Shown here one piece after another: positions 1 to 12,777 of a stretch of 64,000 nucleotides of DNA. The DNA is taken from assembly GCA_951406725.2 (NCBI GenBank), contig OX597836.1:15996001-16060000 (forward strand). The letters run 5' to 3'. Position numbers and translations under genes: made by a program. The stretch is from Octopus vulgaris. Taxonomy: Eukaryota. A model generated the notes under the pieces. It had not been told where the DNA came from. It saw only the letters and a list, made by a program, of their open reading frames with translations, and did no database searches. Positions within the stretch are counted from its first letter, which is position 1. Every line of letters begins with the position of its first letter.

Positions 1-62
1 TACCCGTTAGTCCATATACTACATATTACTACATATATATTTATGTATACATACACATACAT

Positions 63-110
<48 letters not shown>

Positions 111-297
111 ATAGATATATCAGTAAACTAGTTAGTAGTTCAAGGTGCATTGATTTCTCATCAGAAATGAGAAATCAATAGACTCTAATCAACACCTCTC
201 AGTATTGAGAAAAATCATTAACTCTATTTTCTGATGTATTGAGTTCTTCTTCGTATGACTGGATTTCTTAATATCCTGATTAAGTAACCCTATCATA

Positions 298-321
298 TAT
301 ATATATGTGTATATATGTGTA

Positions 322-374
<53 letters not shown>

Positions 375-420
375 ATGTATGTATGTATGTATGTATTATG
401 TATATATGTATATATATGTA

Positions 421-461
<41 letters not shown>

Positions 462-540
462 GTATATGTACACATAAATATGTATGAATGTATGTATTTT
501 CATATGTACTTATATGATGTATACAAACATATACATATAC

Positions 541-577
<37 letters not shown>

Positions 578-596
578 TGTGTGTGTGTGTGTGTGC
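298..596. repeat. compound (TA)n/(TG)n microsatellite
   Basis: Direct dinucleotide runs; the overlapping YI/HT/CV-rich ORFs are artefacts. Confidence 0.95.
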
Positions 597-623
597 ACGT
601 GCGCATATCTTTTAGCTTTTATC

Positions 624-833
624 TTTTCCTTGTTTCTATAATTAAACTATGTCCATGCTGGGGCACTGCCCTGAAGGATTTTAGCGGAACAAATCGATCC
701 CAGTATCATTCTATCTTTAAAGCCTGGTGCTTATTCTGTCAATCACTTTTGGTGAACTGCTAAGTTACAGTGACATAAACACACCAACACCGGTTGTTGA
801 TCAGTGATGGGAGACAAACACACACACAAACAC

Positions 834-866
<33 letters not shown>

Positions 867-1026
867 AAACTTCTTTCGGCTTCCATCTACCAAATCCACT
901 CACATAGCTTTGGTTGGTCCAGTGCTTCAGTAGAAGACACTTGCCCAAGGTGCCACATAGTAGGACTGAAACCAGAACCATGGGACTGGAAAGCAAACTT
1001 CTTATCACACAGTCATGCTTGTGCCT
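624..1026 (-). mobile_element. tRNA-derived SINE, family A (diverged)
   Basis: Reverse complement of the family A consensus: head with ccttgggcaagtgtcttctact, internal TA/TG run, tail ...ccagcatgg...gaaacaag. Confidence 0.85.
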
Positions 1027-1049
1027 ATAATATATATATACATACATGT

Positions 1050-1412
1050 AGGCATAGGAGTGGCTGTGTGATAAGTAGCTTGCTTACCAACCACATGGTT
1101 CTGGGTTCAGTCCAACTGCGTGGCACCTTGGTCAAGTGTCTTCTACTATAGCTTCGGGCCAACCAAAGACGGAAACTGAAAGAAGCCCGTCATCTATATG
1201 TATATGTGTGCGTGTGTGTGTGTTTCTGTGTCTGCGTTTGTCCCACCAACCGATGCTGGTGTGTTTACGTTCCTGTAACTTAGCTGTTCGGCATAAGAGA
1301 CTGATAGAATAAGTACTAGGCTTACAAAGAATAAATCCTGGGGTCGATTTGGTCGACTAAAGGTGTTGCTCCAGCATGGCCACAGTCAAATGACTGAAAC
1401 AAGAAAAAGAGT
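1050..1412 (+). mobile_element. tRNA-derived SINE, family A
   Basis: Pol III A box (tggctgtgtgat) and B box (ggttcagtcc), body, tail gactgaaacaagaaaaagag; small internal deletion. Confidence 0.9.
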
Positions 1413-1733
1413 ATATATATAATATATATATAGGCATATATATATACACACACGTGTGTGTTGTTGTTGTGTGCGTATGTATGTGTGTGTGTGCGTGTGT
1501 GTGAGTGCATATGTATAGATATATATATATATATAGACTTTTTCTTTTAAGTGTATATATTTCAAAAACACTTTGTGATAATTTATAGAACATTGTCATC
1601 ATACATCTAATTGCAGCTGCTATGAAAAAAAAACATATCATTAATGGCTAACTATTGGTGCATGTGTGTGTGTGTGTATGTGAGTATGTATATAACGATA
1701 GACAGAAAGAGAGGTGGGGAGAGAGGTAGATTC

Positions 1734-1808
<75 letters not shown>

Positions 1809-2119
1809 ATGAGTAATGTTAATTAATGAAATATAAAAATATATGTAAAACCAGTCAAAGACGAAAATAACAATGAAATTGCAATGAAGAAGAGACAAAA
1901 ATCTCACAATTTGTAAGTCTATAGTTCAAACAACAACAATACCGTTGACCAATTGATACAAAGTTCAATCGCAAAAATAAACTCGATTGATTCACATCTT
2001 AGCTGACAATTGCCCATTTTGTGTGTGAGTCAATGTGATACATTAATGCTTTTGTTGTCATATTCTTGTTGAAGTACACTGTATTTGTTTTAATTAATTT
2101 TGAAAATAATAAAGATGAC

Positions 2120-2600
2120 AGGCGTAGGAGTGGCTGGGTAGTAAGTAGCTTGCTTACCAACCTCATGGTTCCGCGTTCATTCCCACTGCGTGGTACCTTG
2201 GGCAAATGTCTTCTATCTATAGACTCTGGCCGACCAAAGCCTTGTGAGTGGATTTGGTAGACGGAAACTGAAAGAAGCCTGTCATATATATGTATATGTA
2301 CATATGTGTGTGTGTTTGTCCCCCGCCGACATCGCCTGACAATCGATGCTGGTGTGTTTACATCCCCGTAACTTAGCGGTCCGGCAAAAAAGAGACCGAT
2401 AAAATAAGTACTAGGCTTACAAAGAATAAGTCCTGGGGTCGATTTGATCGACTAAAGGTGGTGCTCCAGCATGGCCACAGTCACATGACTGAAACAAGTA
2501 AAAGAGAAGTAAAAGTGTCTTCTACTATAGCCTTGGGCCGACCAAAGCCTTGTGAGTGGATCTGGTAGACGGAAACTGAAAGAAGCCCGTCGTATATATA
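2120..2600 (+). mobile_element. SINE family A, full copy followed by a partial duplicate of the body
   Basis: ggcgtaggagtggc... to aagtaaaagag (about 2515), then aagtgtcttctactatagcc...gaagcccgtcg repeated. Confidence 0.9.
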
Positions 2601-2601
2601 T

Positions 2602-2833
2602 ATTCCTAGTGCTTCTACAATCACAGGTGTTATATCTGCCTTGAGATGCCACAGTTTTTCAATTTCCATGAACAAATCTTTAAATTTTCTGAGCTTGTCA
2701 AACTCTTTTGCTGAGATATTATGATCACGAGGAATATTCATATCGATCAATAAACCAACTTTATTGTTCTTGCCTTTCACAGCAATATCTGGCTTATCAG
2801 CTTTGATGGTTCAGTCTGTATGTACTGGAGAGT
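2602..2833 (-). mobile_element. R4/Dong-type non-LTR retrotransposon fragment (restriction-like endonuclease domain)
   Basis: Translates as TIKADKPDIAVKGKNNKVGLLIDMNIPRDHNISAKEFDKLRKFKDL..EIEKLW..TPVIVEALG, the PD..D..K endonuclease motif. Confidence 0.85.
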
Positions 2834-2842
2834 TATTAATAT

Positions 2843-3510
2843 CATTATTATTATTTTCAAATCGATTTGCACATCATTTCATCTTCCAACCGGGTCTCAA
2901 CCAGAGACCTGAGGCTTGTATATATTAGATTGAGAGAAACTTCCTGAGAATGTGGGTGGTTGATGTCAACAGAATTTTTTGAGTCTCATAGACCGTTGGT
3001 TTCCCAGGGATTTGGTCAAAGAATTTGTCCCTATCTTTCTTTATCATTCCCAGGGCACCTACAACAACAGGGATGGTTTTGATTTGTAATTGCCATGTTC
3101 TAGACATCTCAATCTCAAGGTCTTTATACTTTGACGGTTTTTTTCAAATTCCTTTGCTGAAATGTTTCTATCAGTGGGCAGTGCCATATTATTTAACTGG
3201 GAAACTACCACCTGTGTCATCTCTTGTGAAAGGTAGGAGAGTCCAGTTTGCTGGACATTGTTGTAGAGCTGAAAACAAGGCAATTTCTACTCTTCTCCTC
3301 TGGAAGCCATCTACTCGCAATACCAGAGGGTGCACACTCTCCTACCCTGATGTAATCTCCAGGGATCCAGGCATCCAGCAACAGGACCTCCGTAATGCCA
3401 TGATGGATCGTGAAGTCTGGCGTAGCATGGTAAATTCCATTGTCTCGACCACGGTCGAACAATGATGATGATGATGATGATTAACTGGCAATTGTTTTTT
3501 TTTGTCCATC
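2843..3510 (-). mobile_element. R4/Dong-type LINE 3' end, interrupted by an RTE insertion
   Basis: DKKKNCQL|NNMALPTDRNISAKEF..KYKDLEIEMSRTW..IPVVVGALG..QKILLTSTTHILRKFLSI*, followed by a short UTR and (TAA)n. Confidence 0.85.
3201..3480 (+). mobile_element. RTE-clade LINE 3' end with (TGA)n tail
   Basis: RRVQFAGHCCR..LLLWKP..SYPDVISRDPG..AMMDREVWR..EQ*; ttaactgg is duplicated at 3193-3200 and 3481-3488 (target-site duplication, TSD). Confidence 0.85.
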
Positions 3511-3627
3511 ATCATCATCATCATCATCACCACCATCATCATCATCACCACTACCACCACCACCACCACCACCACCATCACCATCACCATCATCATCATC
3601 ATCATCATCATCATCACCACCACCACT

Positions 3628-3875
3628 CTTTTTCTTTTATCTACAACAATATCTTGTCCCTGAGTCTTGATTAGGGAGTCACATCAGATTGTAAAACCCC
3701 ACAGTACCTTATATTCCTTGTTCTCAGTGACTCCTTCTGAATCAGGTCATAACATTTCCGTGCTCTGTCCAGGCCATACTTTTCACATAGCCTCAAGTGG
3801 ACAAACTTAGCCACACTATCACGCCTCCTTTTGTAGTGCTTTTGGGCCAGCTTGCTACACTCACACACAATCACT
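3628..3875 (-). mobile_element. R4/Dong-type LINE internal fragment
   Basis: IVCECSKLAQKHYKRRRDSVAKFVHLRLCEKYGL..., the region after the CCHC knuckle with a decayed RHD motif, continuing to QDIVVDK. Confidence 0.8.
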
Positions 3876-4160
3876 CATTATTATTATTCTATGTTTGACT
3901 TTTGCTTTATATTTGTACAAGTTGGCTCCAAGTCTCACCCAGAGACCTCAAGAGACAACAGGTTGGAAGTTCATGTTGTTGTTATGCCTAGTGTGCCATA
4001 TATTTGGTTTTGTATTTAGTGTTGTACTAGTGAATGTCTAACAAAAGAAAACATACGAAAATTATGTTTGTTTTAAAACTTGAGATTACATAGAAAGTAT
4101 TTTGCATAGGATATGAGCAGTTCCCATGAGCACTATCTTTTAATTGCCATGTTCTAGGCA
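3876..4160 (-). mobile_element. R4/Dong-type LINE extreme 3' end and UTR
   Basis: KIVLMGTAHILCKILSM* plus a UTR nearly identical to 24246-24540; flanked by (TAA)n. Confidence 0.8.
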
Positions 4161-4189
4161 TTATTATTATTATTACTATTACTATTATA

Positions 4190-4261
<72 letters not shown>

Positions 4262-5065
4262 GTTGTTGTTGTTGTTCAGCATTTGGTAGTTTCAGGAAAA
4301 TTTCATCTGCATCACTTTCTACACCTCCATGTTGCTGGAGTGTATGCAGTGTTGTGTGTTCTTTTTAGTGTTGGGAATGGGCAAACTCTTCCCAGGTGTA
4401 GGAGTGGCTGTGTGGTAAGTACCTTGCTTACCAATCACATGGTTCCAGGTTCAGTCCCACTGCATGGCACCTTGGGCAAGTGTCTTCTACTATAGCCTCG
4501 GGCTGACCAAAGCCTTATGAGTGGATCTGGTAGATGGAAACTGAAAGAAGCCCATCGTATATATGTATATATATGTGTGTGTGGGTGTGTGTGTGTATGT
4601 TTGTGTGTCTGTGTTTGTCCCCCCAACATCGCTTGACAACCAATGCTAGTGTGTTTACGTCCCTGTAACTTAGCGGTTCGGCAAAAGAGACTGATAGAAT
4701 AAGTACAAGGCTTACAAAGAATAAGTCCTGGGGTTGATTTGCTCAACTAAAGGCGGTGCTCCAGCATGGCCACAGTCACATGACTGAAACAAGTAAAAGA
4801 GTAAAGAGTAAAAGAGTGAGTATTGCATTGGATCAGTTTCTTTCTTCTTTTTTTTTGATGTGTGGTGCAATCTCTTGTTCTCTTAGTGTTTGTATTGTGT
4901 GTGTTGTATGTGTAATGCATTGGTTATCTAGTTTGCTGGTAGTAGTTTTTTTCATTGAATATTTGCTGTATAGAATGTGTCTTGTGTTTGTTGATTGTTT
5001 TGTTTAGGTTGTATTATTGAATTGATAGTGTCTTGTGTAGGATGTTGCCTGTTCCTAGCAGGGCT
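4262..5065 (-). mobile_element. R4/Dong-type LINE 3' end and UTR, split by a SINE
   Basis: Both halves match the plus-strand copy at 34780-35130; flanked by (ATT)n on both sides. Confidence 0.75.
4394..4817 (+). mobile_element. SINE family A, full length
   Basis: Complete head, body and (TAAAAGAG)n tail. Confidence 0.92.
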
Positions 5066-5129
5066 TTATTATTATTATTATTATTATTATTTTATACTCT
5101 AGGTTGTAATTTCACTAAGGCTGATTTTT

Positions 5130-5240
5130 GCTTTCTATCCTTTAGGATAGAGTACATAAATACCAGGAGAGCACCGGGGTTGGTGTAACAGACTTGCCTC
5201 TTCCTTAAAATTGCTCACATTGCACCAAAAATTTGATACC
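5130..5240 (-). mobile_element. SINE family B 3' fragment
   Basis: Diverged match to the family B body and tail (ttgcaccaaaaatttgatacc) next to trinucleotide repeats; strand uncertain. Confidence 0.4.
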
Positions 5241-5241
5241 A

Positions 5242-5630
<389 letters not shown>

Positions 5631-6094
5631 CCACAGATGTTCAGTTGCCATTAATCTTCTGCAAGTTCTAGGCTGAAAACTTTCAAGTATTCCCCCCACA
5701 CAAAAGAAATCAGCAATAGCAATGCCGAGATATGGCACCACGCATTGTCTGTTGCACACCAGAATATTGCAGAAAATAATGTAAGAACTCAAGTCTTTGC
5801 AACATTACAAACACGAAAACTGATTGCAGGCAATGAGATTTCGTTATCATGAACCATTCAAGTTTTAAAGTAATTTTGTTTTTGTTTTTGTTTTTGATTT
5901 TTGATGTTTTCATTGCCTTTGTGATGTTGTTGTTTTCGTTGGTGGTGTTGTTGTTGGTGTTGTTGTTGATGGTGGTGGTGTTGTCGGTGGTGATGGTAGT
6001 GGTGTTGTTGCTATTTTCAGGGAATGCTATCGTGATGTGCTGATGTTGCTCTGCCTCTGGATTGAAATTATATTCTGTTGTTTAGTACAAACGT

Positions 6095-6189
6095 ACATAC
6101 ATACATACATACATACATACATACATACATACATACACACATACATACATGCATGCATACATACATACATACATACATACATACATACA

Positions 6190-6223
<34 letters not shown>

Positions 6224-6261
6224 CATACATATATACATGCATGCTTGCATCCATCCATACA

Positions 6262-6295
<34 letters not shown>

Positions 6296-6373
6296 TGTTA
6301 ATTGAAGATGAGGATGATATGTATGCATGTATATGTATACGTATGCATATCAGTGTATGTATATGCATCATAT

Positions 6374-6421
<48 letters not shown>

Positions 6422-6468
6422 GTGTGTGCATAATTGTATATATATACTTATACAAACATATATATGCA

Positions 6469-6523
<55 letters not shown>

Positions 6524-6600
6524 TATATATACATACATATATACATACATACATGCATACATACATATATACATACATATGTACATACATGCACACACAG

Positions 6601-6632
<32 letters not shown>

Positions 6633-6700
6633 GTCCATGCATGCAGCTTTGTGCGCATGCTAATGCAGATATCACACACATACACACACACACACAAACA
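6095..6700. repeat. (ATAC)n/(TA)n/(CA)n microsatellite
   Basis: Direct repeats. Confidence 0.95.
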
Positions 6701-6954
6701 CATGAACCTTTGTTTTCCTCTGTTTTCTACCTGAGATATTAACCTAGTTCACTTTGGGTGGATGCAACAACAATTCAAAGTTACATAACAGCAATAAAAG
6801 AGCACATGTTCCGACAGGGGTTGTGAAGAAGGCAGAGCTTTTGAAAAAAGCGACTGTAAAATGGACAGGCACAGAACAAAGCAACAGGTTCTGCTTTGTA
6901 GTGTCCATTGAAAACAAAAATGTTTGTGAAGCCAGTTCATGTGGAAGAAGTAGC

Positions 6955-7092
6955 TGTAGTAGTAGTGGTGGTGGTGGGTTGGTAGTGGTGATGGTGGTAG
7001 TGGCGGTTGTTGTTGTTGGTGGTAGTAGTGGCGGTTGTTGTTGGTGGTAGTGGCGGTTGTTGTTGGTGGTGGGGGGTTGTTGTTGTTGTTGT

Positions 7093-7146
<54 letters not shown>

Positions 7147-7226
7147 CAGCAGTAGTAGTAGTAGTAATGGTGGTGGTCTTGGTTGTGGCAATGGTGGTAG
7201 TGGCGGTAGTGGTGGTGGTGGTAGTG

Positions 7227-7274
<48 letters not shown>

Positions 7275-7319
7275 ATGGTGGTGGTCTTGGTTGTGGCAAT
7301 GGTGGTAGTGGCGGCAGTG

Positions 7320-7379
<60 letters not shown>

Positions 7380-7440
7380 ATGGTGTTGGTGGTGGTGGTG
7401 GTGGTGGTGGTGGTGGTGGTGGTGGTGGTAGTAGTTGTAG
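6955..7440. repeat. (GTA)n/(GGT)n/(GTT)n compound microsatellite with an internal block duplication
   Basis: The block aatggtggtggtcttggttgtggcaatggtggtagtggcgg occurs twice. Confidence 0.9.
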
Positions 7441-7559
7441 CTGTAAATATATCACTATATAGGATTGTATATACAGGTGTGACTCTGTGGTTGAGAAACA
7501 TGCTTCACAACTGCATGGTCTTGGGTTCAATCTTTCTGCATGGCACCTTACCTTCGGCA

Positions 7560-8897
7560 AATGCGAGAGCTTAATGAGATATCCAACCCAATGTAAGGAA
7601 ACCTTGCTTGTGTCGGTTAGGGATGAGGGAATATTGAAAGCAGAGCAAAAAGGAAAAAATGAAGGAAGAAGTACAAAAAGGACATGAAGAAGAATTATGC
7701 AAGAAGGGACTACACAAGCAGTTCCATGCAGCCACAACAGAAGTTGCTGGGGTTGGCTGAAGAAAAGAACCCTAAAAAAGAGACCGAGAGCGCTATACTG
7801 GCAGCGCAAGACCAAGCTTTGGCCATGAACTGGAAGGTCAACTTTTGGAATGAGCAAGTGTCTCTGCTGTGCCGCATCTGCAATAGAGGGGATGAAACCA
7901 TTGCCCATTACATGAATGCCCTAGACTTGCCCCAAACCACTATAAGTTGTGGCAACATGATCAGGTGGCAAAAATGCTACATTGGAAACTGTGTGAAAAG
8001 TGGGGGCTAGAGAGAGGCAAGATGCGACATGGGCACAAAAACTGCTGAGAGTGGCAGAGTCGGGGACTAGGAAAAATCCTCTGAGATTTCCCAATCTAAA
8101 CAGGTAAGTGCTAAAGCAAAACAGACCAGACTTAGTAGTGGTTGACAAGATGCACCACATGCGCTATATAGTTGATGTTGCAAGCTCTTTTGACCCATGG
8201 ATAGTCAAGAAGGAAGTCAAAAAAATAGATAAATACAACCCTCTTAAGTATGAAATAGCCCAGCTATGGGAAATGAAGCTGGTCAAGATAGTACCAATTT
8301 ATTTTTGGGTCCTTGGGGACAGTGTCAGAAGACATCAAGAGGAATGTCAAGGAAATTGGAATAGAGTGCCCAGTAGAACTGTTACAAAAGGTTTGCCTCC
8401 TTGACATGGCCAGAATAATCAGGAAAGTATTAGATAGCTGAAAAGAGTGGATAGCATGGTACCATAGGCTGCAGGTAGTAAGCCTGCTACTTATGCAAGA
8501 CATGAAGGCGCATGGCTCAGTGGTTAGAGCGTCGAGCTTACGATCGTGAGGTTGTGAGCTCGAATCCCGAACCGGGCTGCGTGTTGTGTTCTTGAGCAAG
8601 GCACTTTATTTCACGTTGCTCCAGTTCACTCAGCTGTAGAAATGAGTTGCGACGTCACAGGTGCCAAGCTGTATCGACCTTTGTCTTTCCCTTGGATAAC
8701 ACTGGTTGCGTGGAGAGGGGAGGCGACTGCTGGTCTTCCATAAACAACCTTGCCCGGACTTGTGTCTAGGAGGGTAACTTTCTAGGTGCAATCCCATGGT
8801 CATTCATGACCGAAGGGGGTCTTTACCCTTTATGCAAGACTCCAGGAGTTCCAGCAAAACCCATGATAAAAAGAAATAATAATAATAATAATAATAA
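7560..8897 (+). mobile_element. R4/Dong-type non-LTR retrotransposon, about 1 kb decayed 3' portion
   Basis: ETESAILAAQDQAL, CRICNRGDETIAH..C knuckle, QHDQVAKMLHWKLCEKWGL, NRPDLVVVDK..IVDVA..KEVKKIDKY..LLQKVCLL..RIIRKVLDS*, UTR and (TAA)n tail; contains frameshifts. Confidence 0.9.
8502..8829 (+). mobile_element. tRNA-derived SINE, family C (CORE-like body)
   Basis: A box tggctcagtggttag, B-box-like gctcgaatccc, ttcttgagcaaggcactt; TSD ttatgcaagac at 8491-8501 and 8830-8840. Confidence 0.9.
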
Positions 8898-8920
8898 TGG
8901 TGGTGGTGGTGGTGGTGGTG

Positions 8921-8964
<44 letters not shown>

Positions 8965-9189
8965 CATTAAATGATAATGTGTAGCTTGTAATGGCTGTGG
9001 AGCTGGCTTGAGTTTTGGTTGTAAAGCTGTTATTTTTTGACAAAAAAAAAGGGCCTCTTTATAAATGGGGAAAATCATAGTGACCCACTCAGCTATAATA
9101 CAATTGACTATTGGAGGTCAGGCAGTAGAGGAACATCAATACTGTGATAATCAATGTAAAAGAAGTTGGCTCTGAAAGGTAATAAAAAT

Positions 9190-9580
9190 GGTTTGACCCC
9201 TTTGTTGTTGTATTTCTGTCAGCACACACTCCCTTTGTCCCAGTTAACTTTGAAGATAATAAAGAATTTAATAAAAGAATTTTTGTCATATTAAGCATGG
9301 AATTTCAATGGGAAGTTTTAATTTAGGTCATTTTAAAATGGAACTTGCATCATAGAAACACAGACAGTTCTAAACAGGTCAGTGTCAAAAGGGTTTAAAG
9401 TTTGGTAGTACTATTTTCAAAATATTCTACTTTGAATACACTGACTTTGTTTCAATAAATTTCGAAAATAAATGAAGAATTCAATAGGATAACTATATCG
9501 TTATCATCAATCTGGTGTTTAGAACATGAAATTTTGATGGAAGGTTTAAATTTTGAACATTTTAAAATGGAATTTGACAC
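9190..9580 (+). mobile_element. two decayed copies of an AT-rich MITE with TTAA/CCC..GGG-type ends
   Basis: Shared core aaaataatgaagaattt..aagctggtgttt..gaaattttgatggaagg, also seen at 48340, 57600, 59783, 60290 and 63320; the end reads aaaagggtttaa. Confidence 0.6.
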
Positions 9581-9582
9581 AA

Positions 9583-9863
9583 TACTCTTTTATTCTTTTA
9601 CTTGTTTCAGTTTTGACTGTAGCTATGCTGGAGCACCGCTTTTAGTCGAGCAAATCGACCCCAGGACTTATTCTTTGTAAGCCTAGTACTTATTCTACTG
9701 GTCTCTTTTGCTGAACCGCTAAGTTACGGGGACGTAAACACACCAGCATCGGTTGTCAAGCGATGTTGAGTGGACAAACACAGACACACAAACATATACA
9801 CAAACACATATATATATATAAACATATATACGACGGGCTTCTTTCAGTTTCCATCTACCAAAT
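9583..9863 (-). mobile_element. SINE family A, 5'-truncated
   Basis: Reverse-complement tail and body. Confidence 0.9.
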
Positions 9864-10043
9864 TCTTGGAGTGGTTGGCATTAGGAAGGGCATCCAGCCA
9901 TAGAAAATTATGCCAAATCAGACTGGATCCTGGCTCAGCCTTCTAGCATGCCAGCCCAGTCAAACTGTCCAACGCATGCCAGCATGGACAATGAACGTTA
10001 AATGATGATGATAACGATGACGATGATGATGATGATGATGATG
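9864..10043 (+). mobile_element. RTE LINE 3' UTR with (ATG)n tail
   Basis: ggttggcattaggaagggcatccagcc...catgccagcatgg..acgttaaatgatgatg; the same UTR follows RTE coding sequence at 31750-32340. Confidence 0.8.
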
Positions 10044-10569
10044 ACATATACATACATATATATGTTTATATACATATATATATATATACACACACACATA
10101 TGTATATGCATATATATATGTATGTATACAAATAAATACTTATATATACAGGAACACACACACACACACACACACACACATCTACACACATACACATACA
10201 TACACATTGTTGATTTCATATGCCAACAAATTTTATTTATCTATTTGTTTGTTTATTTATGAATTTATTTATTTAATATTTCGACAACAGTAACCTTACC
10301 TTAAAAGGCGTTGTCTACGTCTTCTTAATTGCATCTCTGCAGAAAGAAACGGGTGGATTCCACATTAAAGCTGTGGTGTTGTTGCCAGAATGGTAAACAT
10401 ATCCAAACACACATATACACACCCATGCACAAACACACATACATACACATGCACTTATACATTCACATGCACATATACATAAACACACATTATATCATCA
10501 TCATCATCATCATTGTTTAACGTCCGTTTTCCATGCTAGTATGGGTTGGACTCATCATATGTATAAAAT

Positions 10570-10765
10570 GTGTTTGCGTATGTATCATATGTCTGTGTGT
10601 GTGTGTGTTCGTGTGTACATGTGTGTGTGTGTGAGCATGCATGCGTGAGTGTGTATCTGTATACATACATTTACATATACATATCTATACATATGCTTAC
10701 ATATACATATGTATATAAATTTGTATATATATATACATACATATATATATATATGCATGAATATA

Positions 10766-10811
<46 letters not shown>

Positions 10812-10899
10812 AATATATATATCTGTGTGTATGTATATATGTACGTATGTATGTATGTATGTATCTATTTATCTATCGATCTATCTATCTATCTATCTA

Positions 10900-10949
<50 letters not shown>

Positions 10950-10986
10950 ACATCCATCCATCCATCCATCCATCCATCCATCCATC

Positions 10987-11018
<32 letters not shown>

Positions 11019-11056
11019 CATACATATATACATACATACATACATACATATATATA
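10570..11056. repeat. compound di/tetranucleotide microsatellite
   Basis: TG, TA, TATC, CATC and CATA runs. Confidence 0.95.
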
Positions 11057-11618
11057 CGGAGAACAGTTAATCGTTTAATCAAGTTACATCAAAATCTTTC
11101 GTCTCTGTTCCAGTTATTATCACTTTTATCAAGTTCATTATTTTTTCCCCCCAATTTGCTTACAATTTCCCTGAAGTTCATTTCAGTTTGTGGGGGTTTT
11201 TTTGTCTTACCTTTACTGCTCTAAACAACAACAACAAGAACAACAACAATCTACTACCACCACTGCCATAGTGGTGGTGGTGATGATGATGATGATGACG
11301 ACGACGGCGATGATGATAATGATGATGATAATGATGACATAATGGTAATGATGATGATGATGATGTGACATAATGGTAATGATGATGATGATGATGGTGA
11401 TAATGATGTTGATGATAATACTAATAATAATAATAAGAAGAAGAAGAACTGGAATGAATTCATAAGACCATGTGGAAAAACATAGATAAAAATGATAACT
11501 TGAATATAGATGCGATATTCTATAAGCTCATATGCACATATGTGTGTCTTTTGAATATACATATGTATATATGTATGTGTGTATGTGTGTGTGTGTGTGT
11601 GTATATACATACATACAT

Positions 11619-11671
<53 letters not shown>

Positions 11672-11955
11672 TATATCCACATATATATATTTTATTTTCA
11701 TCTACACACATGCACCCCTTCACACACACAGATGTAAATATTCATAGATAGAGGTGGTGGGGTGACAGGTTCAGACAAGTCCCCTGCTGCTTCCATGCTA
11801 ATATGATTATTATCCAACATTTATTTTGTGTATTTTTCACAAATTAGACAACTAATGGCTGAGCCATTTTAATAATTGAGAACTCCACCCATACATGTAT
11901 GTGTGTGTGTGTGTGTGTGTGTGAGTGAGTGTCTGCATTTATGAATACACACCCA

Positions 11956-11986
<31 letters not shown>

Positions 11987-12019
11987 GAATATATGTGTGT
12001 CTATGTGTGCATGTGCATG

Positions 12020-12513
12020 GGTGCAGCATGGCAGTGTGGTAAGAAGCTTGGTTCCCAACCAAATGGTCCTGGGTTCAATCCCACTGCATCGCACCTCAGA
12101 CAAGTGTCTTCTACTATACCCTCAAACCAACAAAAGCCTTGTACATGGATTTGGTAGATGGACACTAAAAGATGCCTGTCATCTTGTTTTTTATTTCTAT
12201 TTTTTGCTTCTTGTATTTATATTCGTGTGGCACCCTGTCTTTGTTTCGTATACATTCGATCCTCTTTCCAAGAAATCTAATGCCTGTGGCTTAGTTTTTC
12301 ATTGGGGCTGGCCGGTTCGGAGTGATATCGAGATTAAACAGCCGAAATTGATAAGATGATCCGGTTCCGACTGAAGATTAGAGGCTTCGAGTGACCCGTC
12401 TGTTTTTTTTGTGTCGTCTCTTTGTGTGTTTTTGCGTTCTTCTCCCACTTTGTAATTTATATTTTATATTTAATTTCTATACACATATATATATATATAT
12501 ATATATACATACA

Positions 12514-12560
<47 letters not shown>

Positions 12561-12775
12561 GTGTGTGTGTGTGTGAATGTCCCACACCACTACTTGACAA
12601 CTGGTGCTGGTGTCTTTAAGTCACCATAACCTAGTGGTTCAGCAAAAAAGCCCGATAGAATAAGTGCAAGACTTTAAAAAAACAAGTAATGGGGTCAATT
12701 CATTTGACTAAAAGTTCTTCCAGCCAGTGTCCAGCAAGGCCGCAGTCTGACGACTTAAATAAGGGACAGATAAAA
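12020..12775 (+). mobile_element. diverged SINE family A interrupted by an insertion (about 12181-12560)
   Basis: Head at 12020-12180; body and tail resume at about 12570. Confidence 0.7.
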
Positions 12776-12777
12776 GA

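Noticed and set aside
6740-6955. ORF MGGCNNNSK.. in unique sequence
   Set aside because: No recognisable homology or convincing splice sites; it runs into a microsatellite.
8506-8575. tRNA-like cloverleaf with A and B boxes (also 17380-17450 and 34145-34215)
   Set aside because: These are SINE heads: the acceptor stem is imperfect, they continue into the SINE body, and the 8.5 kb copy has a TSD.
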